The notes beneath the pieces are model-generated. The model had not been told where the DNA came from, did no database searches, and worked only from the letters and a program-made list of their open reading frames with translations. Both the position numbers and the translations under genes were made by a program. From contig OX597815.1 of the NCBI GenBank assembly GCA_951406725.2, forward strand, positions 19,158,001 through 19,222,000: a stretch of 64,000 nucleotides of DNA, written 5' to 3'. Shown piece after piece: positions 1 through 13,330 of this stretch; within the stretch, counting starts at the first letter, position 1, and every line of letters begins with the position of its first letter. The stretch is from Octopus vulgaris (lineage: Eukaryota).

Positions 1-60
1 CGTGTGTGTGCGTGTTTGTGTGTGTGCGTGTTTGTGTGTGTGCGTGTGTGTGTGCGTGTG
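1..60. repeat. (GT)n-type microsatellite with CGTG/TTTG interruptions
   Basis: Directly visible repeat. Confidence 0.9.
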
Positions 61-191
61 CATATCCACACTTGTTAAGCCAGTTTGCACCCATGCTCTT
101 AGTAAACTCAGATAGACAGGAATGATAAATGACGGTGTTGTTCAGTCAAAATATTGACAACGTATTCTGCATTCCGTATTATTGCACTATA

Positions 192-582
192 TCTTTATAT
201 ATAAAAGAAAGGTTGTGTGTCTCTCTACTCCGATTTAGATTCCTAACTACTCCCACATTTTGCGATGCAGTTTAACCAAAACCGGGTAGCTTATAGTCGT
301 GATTCATATCGAGCCCTTCTGGGTATTAGCGCGCGTCTACGATGAGTCTACGATTTTAAAAATAATTTACCATCATTTTTTTCCATTTTAATGCATATTT
401 TTTTAATAAAGGGAAGTAACTCTCTAAAAATGTCTACGATGAGTCAACGATTTTTTAAAAAATGACCATAATTTTTTTTTCATTTTTAATGCATTTTTTG
501 CTATTTTTTGGCTATAACTCTCTAAAAATGCTTTATAGTTATTTCCCTTACAAACCCAAGCAACGCCGGGCGATACTGCTAG
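192..582 (+). mobile_element. Non-autonomous Helitron
   Basis: Starts a|TCtttatatataaaa and ends CTAG|t (A/T target, no TSD). Imperfect GC hairpin cccaagcaacgccggg lies ~8 nt before CTAG. Two ~97-bp internal tandem units (335-431, 432-530) begin gtctacgatgagtc. Confidence 0.85.
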
Positions 583-1403
583 TTTACATATATATTTTGA
601 CATATTTTGAAACCATTTAAAAGAAACATCAAGAGATGATTCTGCCCTTGGTATATTGCAGACCTTCCGAGCCTACAGAAATCGATACAGCCGATATTAT
701 ACGAGAACGACCGCATGTTGGACTGCCTATTAGAGAAACAAAAAACGTAGGGAGCTAGTTTCTTTCATGATTTATGGTTCGAGGAAAAAGCACTCGGAAG
801 CATGCTAAATATAAACCATGGGTAGAGAGGGATAAAGAGAGTGACAATAGCACTGTAGGAATAATTTAATACATATTTCCCCTAGATGTGAATATCAAAT
901 CTGATATACATGCACTTTGATATTTCTTCAATGCATTGCCAGAACAGACTGTTCGGATGCGATTGCGATGTTTGTGAGATAATCATGGATTTTTTCCTTT
1001 GTTTTGATAATATCATATGTTTAAGAATCCACATATGTTAGCTGTTGCTTAAAAAGACTTCAAGTGCTGCAATAGGCACAGATTTCTACGTTGTCAGGGA
1101 ATTGAAATGAAGTAATAAAAAACATTAATGGACCAATTGCAGGTATTTGGATAGATAAATGTTAGAGTTAAAAAACATTGCTTTCCTGTTGTTAGTTTAT
1201 ATGCAAGGAAATTAACATTAACTGATTAATTATTAATTATTTTTGAAGGTCACTAAAGCCTAGAATGTGTCTTCTTTCTCCAACAAAGGGGTAAATTTCA
1301 ATTACATAAAATTCTGCGTATGAAATTCTGTACATCACCAATTTACACGTTTTCCATAGCTATATGCAACAATATGCAAAGGCGGCTATATGAACAATAT
1401 GCA

Positions 1404-2072
1404 AAGGCGGCGAACTGGCAGAAACGTTAGCGCGCCGGACGAAATGCTTAGCGGTATTTCGTCTGTCGTTACGTTTTGAGTTCAAATTCCGCTGAGGTCG
1501 ACTTTGCCTTTCATCCTTTCGGGGTCGATAAATAATAAAGTACCAGTTTCGCACTGGGGTCGATGTAATCGACTTAATACCTATGTCTGTCCTTGTTTGT
1601 CCCCTCTGTGTTAAGCCCCTTGTGGGTAATAAAGAAATGGGTATTTCGTCTGTCGTTACGTTCTGAGTTCAAATTCCGCCGAGGTCGACTTTACCGTTCA
1701 TCCTTTCGGGGTCGATAAATAAAGTACCAGTTTCGCACTGGGGTCGATGTAATCGACTTAATCCCTTTGTCTGTCCTTGTTTGCCCCCTCTATGTTTAGC
1801 CCCTTGTGGGCAATAAAGAAATATATATTTATATGCAAAGGCGGCGAACTGGCAGAAACGTTAGCGCGCCGGACGAAATGCTTAGCGGTATTTCGTCTGT
1901 CGTTACGTTCTGAGTTCAAATTCCGCCAAGGTCGACTTTGCCTTTCATCCTTTCGGGGTCGATAAATAATAAAATACCAGTTTCGCACTGGGGTCGATGT
2001 AATCGACTTAACCCGTTTGTCTGTCATTGTTTGTCCCCTCTATATTTAGCCCATTGTGGGTAGTAAAGAAAT
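1404..2072 (+). mobile_element. Family A tRNA-derived SINE array (full unit, head-less unit, full unit)
   Basis: Head ggcggcgaactggcagaaacgttagc...gagttcaaattcc (A/B-box-like), core gactttgcctttcatcctttcggggtcgataaa..gtaccag, tail gccccttgtgggyaataaagaaat. Units 1404-1638, 1639-1822, 1838-2072. Confidence 0.9.
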
Positions 2073-2094
2073 ATATAGTTATATGCATCTTTAT

Positions 2095-2215
2095 ATGTAA
2101 GAATTCACCGTCTCCAATGAAGGGATACTATTAATTAATATCCTAGAAACAGCTGTAAGACCTTCTATATATAAATGATCTAATTTCTATACAGCCTTGG
2201 TTTTTTTTATCGTAT
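2095..2215 (+). mobile_element. Penelope-like pseudo-LTR remnant with a minimal hammerhead-like motif (2110-2161)
   Basis: gtct-CCAATGA-a-gggata..tatcct-a-GAAA-CAGCTG-TA-agac: stem I gtct/agac, a stem II, and a palindromic stem III. Core has 2 mismatches to CUGANGA. Confidence 0.55.
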
Positions 2216-2599
2216 TACATAAAAAAATTCTTATATACACACGCTGACATAGAACCAACATTGAACCCTTTATTCGCAATATTACCGAATCTGGAACTTA
2301 ATTATGTTCTGTCTATTGAAACTATTCAGCATTACCTGACACCATTATTTTTTATATGTATATATATCTATGTGTGTGTGTGTGGAGAGAGAGAGAGAGA
2401 TAGTGAGAAAGAAAGAGAGAGGGTGAGCGGGAGGGAGAGAGAGAAAGAGGAAGAGGGAGATGGAGAAGAAGGGAATTGTCTAGATGTTCATGAAGGAAGG
2501 ACGTTTACAGTGATACAACGCTGCATCTTACTGAGTGCTTATGAAGACATAAATATATTGAGTTGTAATCAGACGGGTTTTCTTTAGGCCAAAATTTCA

Positions 2600-2725
2600 T
2601 ATCACTCTATCACTGTACGACCAGACTATCGGATTTTGTTATACACCGCTGGTGACAATGCGCTTCCTCGTATTATTGTAGCGTTCGAATAATGATACCC
2701 CTCTGGATAGGCGAGTAGGGAAACA
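2600..2725 (-). mobile_element. Family E interspersed repeat (diverged copy)
   Basis: Reverse-complement match to 14092-14210 and 14273-14387 (accagactatc...cgctggtgacaatgcgctt). Confidence 0.7.
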
Positions 2726-3014
2726 TTGCCCCTGGAGTGCTAACCGATATATGTACAAGTACGTGTGTTGCTGTTGTTTTTTGTTGTTTAGTGTCAAATC
2801 AATTCTGATCATACAAACCTGTAATCAGCAGAATTGCAGCATTTTACCCTTATTAAAAACGGTTGGATATGATTTGAATGCGATATGGCTATTACTTAAA
2901 TACAACCAGCAACCATGCAAAAGTTATCTCTTTGGCTCGTTGTTATAAATATTTATGAAGGTGAAACAATGTGAAACTTGAGTCACTAAATTCAATGACA
3001 GTGAATAATGTTAA

Positions 3015-3270
3015 GTAAAGATAAAGTTACCTTCTCGAGTCAAGACAAATAATAAGTCAGGTTTCTCTGTTTCTATGGCGTATATTTTCCCCACCTTGAT
3101 GGGACGTCGATCCGTCGCAGGATTACTCATTTTTGCCAGATGAGTGGACTCGAGCAACGTGAAATGAAGTGTTTTGCTAAAAACTACAATGCGTCACCCG
3201 GTCCAGGGGTCGAAACCACAATTTTACAACCATGTGAACAGCACCCTAACCACTAAGCCACGCGCCTCTA
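3015..3270 (-). mobile_element. Family C tRNA-derived SINE (CORE-like plus V-like domains)
   Basis: Minus strand reads aggcgcgtggcttagtggttagggtg...ggtttcgacccc, then gcaaaacacttcatttcacgttgctc, cctgcgacgga..gtccc, and tail gaaac...ctcgagaaggtaactttatctttac. Confidence 0.8.
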
Positions 3271-4577
3271 CTTCAGTAAATAATGAAAATAGTTTCAGTG
3301 CTTACACACGCACATATATATATCAATATGTGTGTGAGAACGTGTGAGTGTGTGGTGGGGAGATATACACGTGTATAAAAGAATGTCACGAAAACATATG
3401 ACTACTACATACCACCTATTGACATTAATGATTTCCTACTATGGATGTTCTATTGTTTGTTTTCCAGAATGTCTATTATTGGGGAAACATTGCATTTCTA
3501 ATAACCAAACCTCAATTCCTGGAGTCTAATCATAATAGTTACACAACCCTTGTAGTGTGTTCCACTTTCTTTGTAAGAAATCATTTTATATATACTTCTT
3601 CATAACTTACTGCAAGTACTCCACCGTTTCAGTTATACTTAGAGGTATTTAATACTTATACTCAAACGTTATGTGACAGTTCGATGCTGAATATCTGAAG
3701 CAACACATTACAAAATTCCTCTAGTTTTAAATTGAATTAGGGGTTTACTGTCATTGAATCAATGAACGAGATTCGGGAAGAAGATTATTCGCCCTTTTAG
3801 AATCAACAATGAGATGTGTCAGCAATTTCCAGCATCCCAACGTTGAAATATATTAAATATAAGATTATATTCAATTACTAATAACTTGTAACGTCGTAAC
3901 AAAAATCAGTGCTGACTATATTTTCTATAGAATATACGTAGTGATAACCTTAACAAGTAATATATTCAATTAGTTAGCAGAAGAGAAACCATTGCCAAAA
4001 TTGTTCTTATAATTCAAGTCGTACTTTCCCTCATAGCTTTAATGTCAAGTATAAGTGGAATAAACTTAGACTCCGAAAAAAAGTTTCATCCTCATTGACT
4101 GTCCAAAAATAAAAACGGATGAATAGTAATTCCTCTAACTTTAAGGCATTACATATTATTTTCACATTATATTAAATTTATTATAATGCTACACCTATGG
4201 AATACCACAGACAAAATTGTACGCCAAAGTAGCTTCTTTTAGATTGCAATTTATTACATATATCCTATGGCAGCAAACAACTGCCAATACAATGCTCTAC
4301 TGTAAAGACATGTCTACAAGTCAGACAATATAATTTACTGCATAAGTAATGTTTTTTACACAATAGGCAGAGTGCCACAAAAAATATATGTATTTGCATG
4401 GTTTATATATTGAAGTTAAATTGTACTAACTTTTCCAAGATTGTTAATTTAGGATGTAAGAGAATTAAAACGCTGAATTCTTGCGATAATTTTTGTGCCA
4501 TAGTCTCTAAAGAACTTTAAAACCAATTATATTAAGCATACAAACGTTCCATCTCAGCGAAATATAACTACAATGAA

Positions 4578-5196
4578 GGCGGCGAGCTGGCAGAAACGTT
4601 AGCACGCCGGGCGAAATGCTTAGTGGTATTTCGTCTGCCGCTACGTTCTGAGTTCAAATTCCGCCGATGTCGACTTTGCCTTTCATCCTTTCGGGGGTCG
4701 ATTAAATAAGTACCAGTTACGCACTGGGGTCGATATAATCGACTTAATCCGTTTGTCTGTCCTTGTTTGTCCCCTCTGTGTTTAGCCCCTTGTGGGTAGT
4801 ACAGAAATAATAAACGTTAGCACGCCGGGCGAAATGCGTAGCCGTATTTTCGTCTGCCGTTACGTTCTGGGTTCAAATTCCGCCGAGGTCGACTTTGCCT
4901 TTCATCCTTTCGGGGTCGATTAAATAAGCACCAGTTACGCGCTGGGGTCGATGTAATCGACTTAATCCGTTTGTCTGTCCTTGTTTGTTCCCTCTGTGTT
5001 TAGCCCCTTAACGGTAGCAAAGAAATAGGTACTTCGTCTGCCGCTACATTCTGAGTTCAAATTCTACCGAAGTCGACTTTGCCTTTCATCCTTTCGGTGT
5101 CGATTACGCGCTGGGGTCGATATAATCGACTTAATCCGTTTGTCTGCCCTTGTTCGTCCTCTCTGTGTTTAGCCCCTTGTGGGTAGTAAAGAAATA
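4578..5196 (+). mobile_element. Family A SINE trimer inside a single 19-bp TSD
   Basis: TSD gaaatataactacaatgaa at 4559-4577 and 5197-5215. Units ~4578-4809, 4812-5026, 5027-5196. Confidence 0.92.
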
Positions 5197-5704
5197 GAAA
5201 TATAACTACAATGAAAGTTGATGGACAGTAAAACTGGCCAGATCAGTTAGATATTCAGCTTTTGGGAAACCCAAATTTAGCTTACTTCATGACGAGACGA
5301 AATATATTGAGATAAAAGTCCTTATGATTTACTCATATTTTACATTGAGTCGCTATTTTAATAATTTTTGCCTGACTGTCAAACATTTATCGTTATTGAA
5401 ATACTTTTATACAAAAATACATAATTTTTGCATTTTAAAAAGTGACCTTCATCTACAGTAGCTGACAGTTTAAGATGGAAAGGAGAGCCAATTCATAAAT
5501 AACATCGCCACGTACTGTTATGAACCTTATTCTAAGTTGCCCCACTATAATTTCCCTAATTTCACTACGATAGGTTTAAATGTAATACTTTTACAAATTG
5601 CGGTTCATTTGGTCACATTCTCTTGATTTTTACTGTTTATTTGTACTTTCCCTCATTTTATGTAGCATATAGTTACATTATGTAGTATACAGACACATTT
5701 ATTT

Positions 5705-5850
5705 TATTTATGCGCCCTTTTCAAGGCTAGCCAGCCTCATGATTTCCCAGTTTCTATGGTGTTTTTGCTCAATAAACACACACAACGCCCGGTCTGGGAA
5801 TCGAAACCGCGAGTCCACTGCCCTAGCTCCTGAGCCATTGCGCCTCCACC
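5705..5850 (-). mobile_element. Family B SINE, internally deleted
   Basis: gctcaataaacac..acgcccggtctgggaatcgaaaccgcga...gccattgcgcctccac matches the head of the 8995-9381 element. Confidence 0.75.
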
Positions 5851-5854
5851 TATA

Positions 5855-6051
5855 GACTCATAGGTCCGGTATATATTCCCCACTTGAATGGGAATGCGTC
5901 ACAGGATTACTGATTTTTTTCCCAGATGAGCGAACTGAAGCAACTTGAAATGAAGTGTTTTGTTCAAGAACAAAACGCGTGTCCCGGAATCGAAACTATG
6001 ATCTTACGATCATGAATCCAACACCGTAACCACTTAACCACGCATCTCCAC
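5855..6051 (-). mobile_element. Family C SINE, diverged
   Basis: caggattactga...cagatgag..gcaacttgaaatgaagtgttttg...aaccacttaaccacgcatctccac resembles 3015-3270. Confidence 0.75.
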
Positions 6052-8612
6052 CTAACTTTATGTATTGTGCGCTAAAGGAAAGAGGGTATTTGCTTTAACA
6101 TGAACTCACGAATGTTTGGTGCCATGAAAATTACAGACTTTAGTTATTTGTTGTAGATCTAAGAGTTAATAGAGTCTTTAATTGTTATATTTCTAGGCTC
6201 TAAATTATTCAGTAATTTATTCATACAGTTACACTACAATGCGGTATGAGAAGCAAATTTCCTTTAATTTCGCCTCTTGGAAGCCGACATTCAATTTTAT
6301 TACGTGATACAACATTCATCATACTTATTTATATACAAGATTGTTTTAAAGTAAAGAACATAGGCTACAGGGGCATACGTTCATCCAATGACATCCACTC
6401 AAACTTTATAAATTGGATGTTGGTATGATGTTCACTTGACAACCACATGATTCCTGATTTGATCCTACGTCGTGGCACATTCGAAACGTTAGTTCTAACG
6501 TAAACCCTAAGTAGAGTGGAAATTTCAAATGCAAACTGTGAAAAAGCTTGTTGTGTATGTATTTGTGTACATACACGTGTGAATGTTCGTAGCTTTCGCT
6601 GATGTGTATCAGCAAAACATATAAACTGTAGTGGGAAATGAAATTCAGGAGGTACATGACATTGCCTTCGTCTGATATGGGATTGGTACGTCAGAATCTT
6701 CTCTAATGCGATATAGGATAAAATAAACAAAACCTCTTCACTTAACTGAAGAAGCACAAAAAGATTAAGAGAGAACTAGAATCGATTGAATCATTAATTA
6801 AGGAGATAATCAATGTTTAAATTGATTCTGGTGATAAAAATAATTGTCCGTCTTTCCCAAGTAAACTTCCATTATTTTTATACGAATATATTTCTCAGAT
6901 TAACCTGTTTTAGTTTAAGGTATCTCTCTGTGTTGCAGATTACATCAATAAATAACGTAAATGAAATTGCTGATAGAAATCTGATAGGGTGAATCAGTTA
7001 TTTAAACAGGTTTTAAAATTGCTTGGTTCTTGAATGTTTATATTTACGCGTTCAATGTTTATGGCAAATATATAAAAATATTGCTCTAAACTCTTCAGAA
7101 ATTACCCTCTAATAAACGGAATATTCATTAACAAAATATAAAGATATATTAAGTGGATCAAAGTTTGCAAAAAATCTTTGGATGCAACCCGGTCATATTC
7201 TTGTAATTATATTTTCTTTAATTCCTCTACCTTACAACCCACCAAAGGTGGCATCTTACATTATGGTTAACTTGTGATAATCAGAGCTATTAATGCTGTG
7301 CATATGAAGAGCAATAATTAAATTCTGTGTCATCTTCAAAAATGCTTTAGAGAAACAATATTTTTGAAAAATTTTGTTTGTAAATATTAATGACAATAAT
7401 GTGCATAAATGATACCGATAATTAAATCCTGATTACCTTTCATTTAGTAAGCTGTGCTCTTCTATTTATAAAGCGGTACGGAGTGATCTCTTCTACTCCC
7501 TGTATCTAATAATTCAAGCAACAGCACGTTATCCCTTTTTTTTTAATGTGCCCTTAACACTTGTAATATACACACACATATATATAAACACAAATGTATA
7601 ATATAAATATGGATATTTATATATTTATTCATATTATAAATATTACTATTCTTGTTGTTACGGTTGTTCGTCTGGTACTATTGAAAGAATATCTTATATT
7701 TAAGATGTTTAAGTAAATAGTAAAGAAGATATGGAACAGATCTTACAATGGAATAGTTTGTGCGTCATAATAAATACAACGTCAATGAGTTAAAGTACGC
7801 TCTATATTTAAAATTTTATAATAATCATGATGTGGTTCATATGTACACTTATAGTACTGAAATAGCTTATGTAGACCAAAGTAAAATATTAAAAGATTTC
7901 ATGCCAACTCATATATATTTCTTCATATATATATATATATATAGGATGCGTGTTATTATTTTCGACAAGATTGTGTGTGAGTATGAAAATTACACTTCTA
8001 AATCAGTGAGATTGAAATCTCAATTATATCAGTTTATAAATCTGAAATACGTTTTGACGTTTTAGCTGATGTTGCATGAAAACGTCGTTTTGCATGCTAT
8101 ATTCTTGTTCATCATTATCTTCAGCGATAGAAATAACATCTGATACAATATAATTTATTAACCCACAATTTATTTTCTCCTTGTTTGAGAAATTAATGGT
8201 GAACTTTTCATTCATTTTTATATGAAGGTTTTATGAATTTGTAAATAATCGATTTATACTGTTACATCCTTTGTATTGTATTAATTATAGAAACATTTAA
8301 TATTTGATTGGAAGTATTAGACGTTGAGTTGATTTTCGTTTACTTCATTATAGAAATATAGCGTGCTCGGAGAGGATTTGTAGCTTTATTCTTCAATAAA
8401 TTTTCAATGTACTGTTATTGGTATACCAAAGGGTATTGAAATGGCAGAAATGTTTGGGTGCTAGATTCATTGTCATATAATATATTGTTTGGTTTGAAAA
8501 CCATTCCTCAGCTATATTACTTTCACTAAATAGGTGCGGCCTTGCACCAATACAAGAATAATTCTTGTATTCTAGAATTTTGTCATGAAATTTTTAATTT
8601 ATAGTAACCTAT

Positions 8613-8955
8613 AGAAGTGGCTTTGTGGTAAGTAGCTTGCTTACGAACCACATGGCTCCGGGTTCAGTCCCACTGCGTGGCCGACCAAAGCCTTGTGAGT
8701 GGATTTCGTAGACGGAAACTGAAAGAAGTCCGTCGTATATATATATGTATATTTATATGTATGTGTGTGCATATGTGTGTGTGACTGTGTTTGTCCCCCC
8801 CCCTCAACATCGCTTGACAACCGATGCTGGTGTGTTTACGTCCCCGAAACTTAGCGGTTCGACAAAATAGACCTGGAGTCGATTTACTCGACTAAAGGCG
8901 GTGCTCCAGCATGGCGCCAGTCAAATGACTGAAACAAGTAAATGAGGTAAAAGAG
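8613..8955 (+). mobile_element. Family D SINE (internal microsatellite, deletions)
   Basis: Matches 55872-56293: gtggtaagtagcttgc...ggttcagtcccactgcgtggc...aaaggcggtgctccagcatgg..cagtcaaatgactgaaacaagtaa. Confidence 0.85.
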
Positions 8956-8994
8956 GTATCGTTAAGATACTTCTTGTTGATAAACATCACTATT

Positions 8995-9381
8995 CTCCTT
9001 AAGCACTCCGTCGGTTACGACGATGAGGGTTCCGGTTGATCCGATCAACAGAACAGCCTGCTCGTGAAATTAACGTGTAAGTGGCTGAGCAGTCCACAGA
9101 CACGTGCACCCTTAACGTAGTTCTCGGGGATATTCAGCGTGAGACAGAGAGTGACAAGGCCGGCCCTTTGAAATACAGGTACAACAGAAACAGGAAGTAA
9201 GAGTGAGAGAAAGTTGTGGTGAAAGAGTACAGCAGGGATCACCACCATCCCCTGCCGGAGCCTCGTGGAGCTTTAGGTGTTTTCGCTCAATAAACACTCC
9301 GAACGCCCGGTCTGGGAATCGAAACCGCGATCCTACGACCGCGAGTCCGCTGCCCAAACCACTGGGCCATTGCGCCTCCAC
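8995..9381 (-). mobile_element. Family B SINE, full length, tRNA-Arg-like head
   Basis: Minus head gtggaggcgcaatggcccagtgg...gactcgcggtc...ggtttcgattccc. TSD acatcactatt at 8984-8994 and 9382-9392. Confidence 0.88.
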
Positions 9382-9526
9382 ACATCACTATTAATTGTCT
9401 CTTCACTCTAAGTCCAGCAAAATAGAAACACATGTATTAGTGTATGTGAGAGTGTGTGTGCGTGTTTTGTGTGCTTGTTTATATGTGTGTTTGTGTGTGT
9501 GTGTGTTCGTGAGTGTGCGTTTGTGT

Positions 9527-9628
9527 GTCCAAGATGGAAAGCGGGCTGTTATTGGTTGGTCAAGGCGTGTCATAGGGTGCTGTTAGAAGAGCATCGGCAT
9601 CACACCGACACCAGATGCATCTGCAAAA
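9527..9628. repeat. Unclassified interspersed repeat, copy 1
   Basis: aagatggaaagcgggctgttattggt...gacaccagat recurs at 11456-11553. Confidence 0.75.
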
Positions 9629-10794
9629 AGAATTTTTGGAACCGAGTGGTTGAACACGAAGCTGGTAGCGCCTTGGTTATATGATGGGCCTTGGTAAGGA
9701 CTTGAGATCTGGCATAAGCAAAACCAGAGAGAGGGAGAGGGTGGGTGTCGTGTATCTTGTATACGTTCGTGTAGTATTTAGTGGGGATATAATCTCAGGA
9801 GGCACTCTTTAATCTATGAAATCTAACGCTGGGTATTTGTAGTAAATTTTCATGGAACTGCAAACAATTGTGTACATAAAAACATGCCTACCCTACACAA
9901 CACAGAATACTTGGGAAATCCTATCAAAACTGCTGGTCTCATTCTAATAAGCGACATAACAGTACCCATATGATGATATTTTCCTTTCTGTTACAGTAAC
10001 TGCGTATGTGTTCTTCGGTGTTTTCTAGGTGAATTTACGAAACAGGAAATCGTTAGTAATTTATTAAAACTTTGTAAGTCCTGAATTCAAAAGCTAATGT
10101 AGATTGGGATGGCATTCCTTTTCCATACAATTGGATTTGTAAATTAAATACATATACCAGTAATATACTAGTGTCGGTTAACACAGTTCTATGTGTCCGT
10201 GACAATGAGTTCCCCGTTTAATAATTGCTTAATAATTGCATTACTTGGATACAGAATTACTTTGATATAAAAAAATGTATTCATTTCGAAATTGTTTAAA
10301 TTTTTTATTTGACTTGTAAATCCATTGCCATAAGTGTTGAAATTAGCTGTATAATGTCATTTAAACGAGAAGGCGTGAAATGCATTAATTAAAACTAGCT
10401 TGAGCATTACAAAAATGAATCCAATTTCGATTAAATTTTATTATATAATTTGATAAAGCATGGCGTTTAATATCATAATCAAATTATTACAATTTATACG
10501 ATATGAAGCGTGATTCAAAATTGACAACTATTTGTATTTAAATACTCTCAAATGTTTTTGATCTTTAATGAAAATAAACGAGAAATATTGTAAAAAATAT
10601 TATACTATCGAAATAGTAATGTGTCTACATATTTATGGTTAATATCTATAGCAAATAATAATCTTTTGACAATAGCTAATAAATCTCTGAAGAGAAAAAT
10701 ATCAAATACAACCAAGAAAGTGAGAATACTAACACGTATACAACTACGATGGAAATATGTATGTGTATGTATGTGTTCATGTGTTTGTGTGCTT

Positions 10795-10832
<38 letters not shown>

Positions 10833-10950
10833 TATGTTCTTTCTAGCGTGTTGAATCCCACAAGTGGATTCATCATGTGTTTAAATGTACGATGTATTTT
10901 ATGACTGTTCACTATAAAATTATTTTATATTTTCTATTTTTGACTTGTTT

Positions 10951-10991
<41 letters not shown>

Positions 10992-11455
10992 AATTATAAA
11001 CATGGGCAAAAGAAAATTATTTCTATGCCAATATTCTGATAACAGACTTTTAAATCGTCAATATCCACATATTATTATATCCAGCATATTGGCATAGAAT
11101 TAATTTTCTTTTGCCCTTGTTTATAAGTTGTTTATAATTTTAACCTTTAAAGGTATTTTAATATGCTGCCACTTTTTTGATGAATTTTTTTTCTGTAAAA
11201 AAACTTCATCCTATACTAGTAGTATATATATACATATATATATATATGTGTGTGTGTATGTATGTATATGTGCGTGTGCGTGCACGTATCATTATTATTA
11301 TTATTGGTGGTGGTGGTGGTGGTGGTAGTGGTGTTATTATCCTTTGTTGTTGCTGCAGTTTAAAGCACTTTGATTCAGCTCCATACCTGTTACGCAGGCT
11401 TGTGATAGAAAACATCTCGTTCAGGCTCAGGTTACCAACTGGCTTAACGCAATAA

Positions 11456-11553
11456 GTCTAAGATGGAAAACGGGCTGTTATTGGTCAAGGCGTGTCATAT
11501 GGTTCTGTTAGAAGGGGATCGGCATCTCAGCGACACCAGATACATTCGCAAAA
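11456..11553. repeat. Unclassified interspersed repeat, copy 2
   Basis: Direct-orientation match to 9527-9628. Confidence 0.75.
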
Positions 11554-11743
11554 CTCGAAAGATGAAATGAAAACAAGGGTTTATTTATGGCAGCTTAAAC
11601 AAATTTTTATGTAATTTTTGTAAATATATCTGTTAAAATGCGATGTCATTGTTTTCGTAGTTTTCGCGTAATTTAGACATTAATCTATTCGCCACATCCT
11701 ATACACATACACGCACGCATATATATATATATATATATATATC

Positions 11744-11795
<52 letters not shown>

Positions 11796-11880
11796 CATGT
11801 CTACATGCACACGCATATAACACATGTGTGCACATTCATATATACGAATAGATAAAGAATGGGAGACATTTACAAATATA

Positions 11881-12113
11881 TATTTCTTTATTGCCCACAA
11901 GGGGCTAAACATAGAGGGGACAAACAAAGACAGACAAAGGGATTAGGTCGATTACATAGACCCCAGTGCGTAACTGGTACTTTATTTATCGACCCCGAAA
12001 GGATGAAAGGCAAAGTCGACCTCGGCGTAATTCGAACGCAGAACGTAACGGCAGACGAAATACGGCTACGCATTTCGGCCGGCGTGCTAACGTTTCTGCC
12101 AGCTCGCCGCCAT
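11881..12113 (-). mobile_element. Family A SINE monomer
   Basis: Reverse complement of family A. 17-bp TSD agacatttacaaatata at 11864-11880 and 12114-12130. Confidence 0.92.
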
Positions 12114-12927
12114 AGACATTTACAAATATAAACATATAAGTGTTGCGGTGCGTGTCTGTGTTAATAAAAAGGAAAGAGAGAACAAAATAGAGAAACGTAT
12201 ATCAGTATATGAGAAAGTATGTGTGTGTGCATGCATGCGTGTTTGTGAGTGTGTGTGTGTGCATGCTTGCGTGTTTGTGAGTGTGTGTGGGTGGTAATTC
12301 GACGCTTATGACCTCAGAAGGCACATTTTAATTTGTCTAATTGAAGAATTTATTCAATGAGAGCATTCACTAAATAATTCTAATTCATTGAGGTTATGAC
12401 AACCTAGTACCTCACTGAATAAAAATACAAAGACTGAATCTCAAATATAACCATAAATGTAAATATACATTTTGTGGATTCAACTCCTTTTCACGTTTTC
12501 AGCAGATGTTAAAATAGGAGGCATGTTCACGAAAAACGTAGCTATCAACAGCAGTCGGCCATGAAAGTTTGAGTTTACAAATGTAACAGATGTTAAAGTA
12601 AAAGTTGCAATCTTGTTTTTATACAACTTTAAAAATTCTTACCGTAATAAGAAAATATACATCCAGTGTGCAGGACTCGGAAAGCTAGTCAGTTATAGAT
12701 ATCCATATATAATATTTAGGAGAGATTAATTTAGTAACTTGACATATATGTCATAAGACGCATCTTAATTTGCCTAATGGAACATTTATTCCTTGAGAGT
12801 CAATATATAACGCTGCCTGGAAGACAAACTACTCACCTTCTTATCGGTTACTCGAAAGATATCAATGTAATACTGCATAATTCTGCATAATTCTACATAA
12901 TTCTGAAACAATATTTATTATCTCTCT

Positions 12928-13330
12928 AAGGCGACGAGCTGGCAGAAACATTAGCACGCCAGGCGAAATGCTGAGCGGTATTTCGTCTGCCGCTATGTTC
13001 TGAGTTCAAATTCCGCCGAGGTCGACTTTGCCTTTCATCTTTTCGGGGTCGATTAAATAAGTACCAGTTACGCACTGGGGTGATATAATCGATTTAATCC
13101 GTTTGTCTGTCCTTGTTTGTCCTCTCTGTGTTTAGCCCCTTATGGGTAATAAAGAAATAGGTATTTCGTCTCTCTTTACGTTCTGAGTTCAAATTCCAAA
13201 GGGGTCGACTTTGCCTTTCATCCTTTCGGGGTCATTAAATTAAGTACCAATTGGGTACTGCGGTTGATCTAATCGAGTGCCCCCTCCCTCTCCAAAAATT
13301 TCGGACTATGTGCCTAGTGTAGAAAAGAAT
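12928..13330 (+). mobile_element. Family A SINE dimer; second unit has an alternative tail
   Basis: Full unit 12928-13159. Head-less unit from ggtatttcgtc (13160) ends ...ccaaaaatttcggactatgtgcctagtgtagaaaagaat. Imperfect flanking repeat aatatttat(ta)tctct. Confidence 0.85.

Noticed and set aside
6365-6757. 130-aa ORF in unique sequence
   Set aside because: No motif, non-ATG start, no supporting exon structure.
9300-9381. tRNA-like sequences (also 21622, 55872, 3200-3270, 14480-14547)
   Set aside because: These are SINE heads followed by SINE bodies and often TSDs; no complete cloverleaf.
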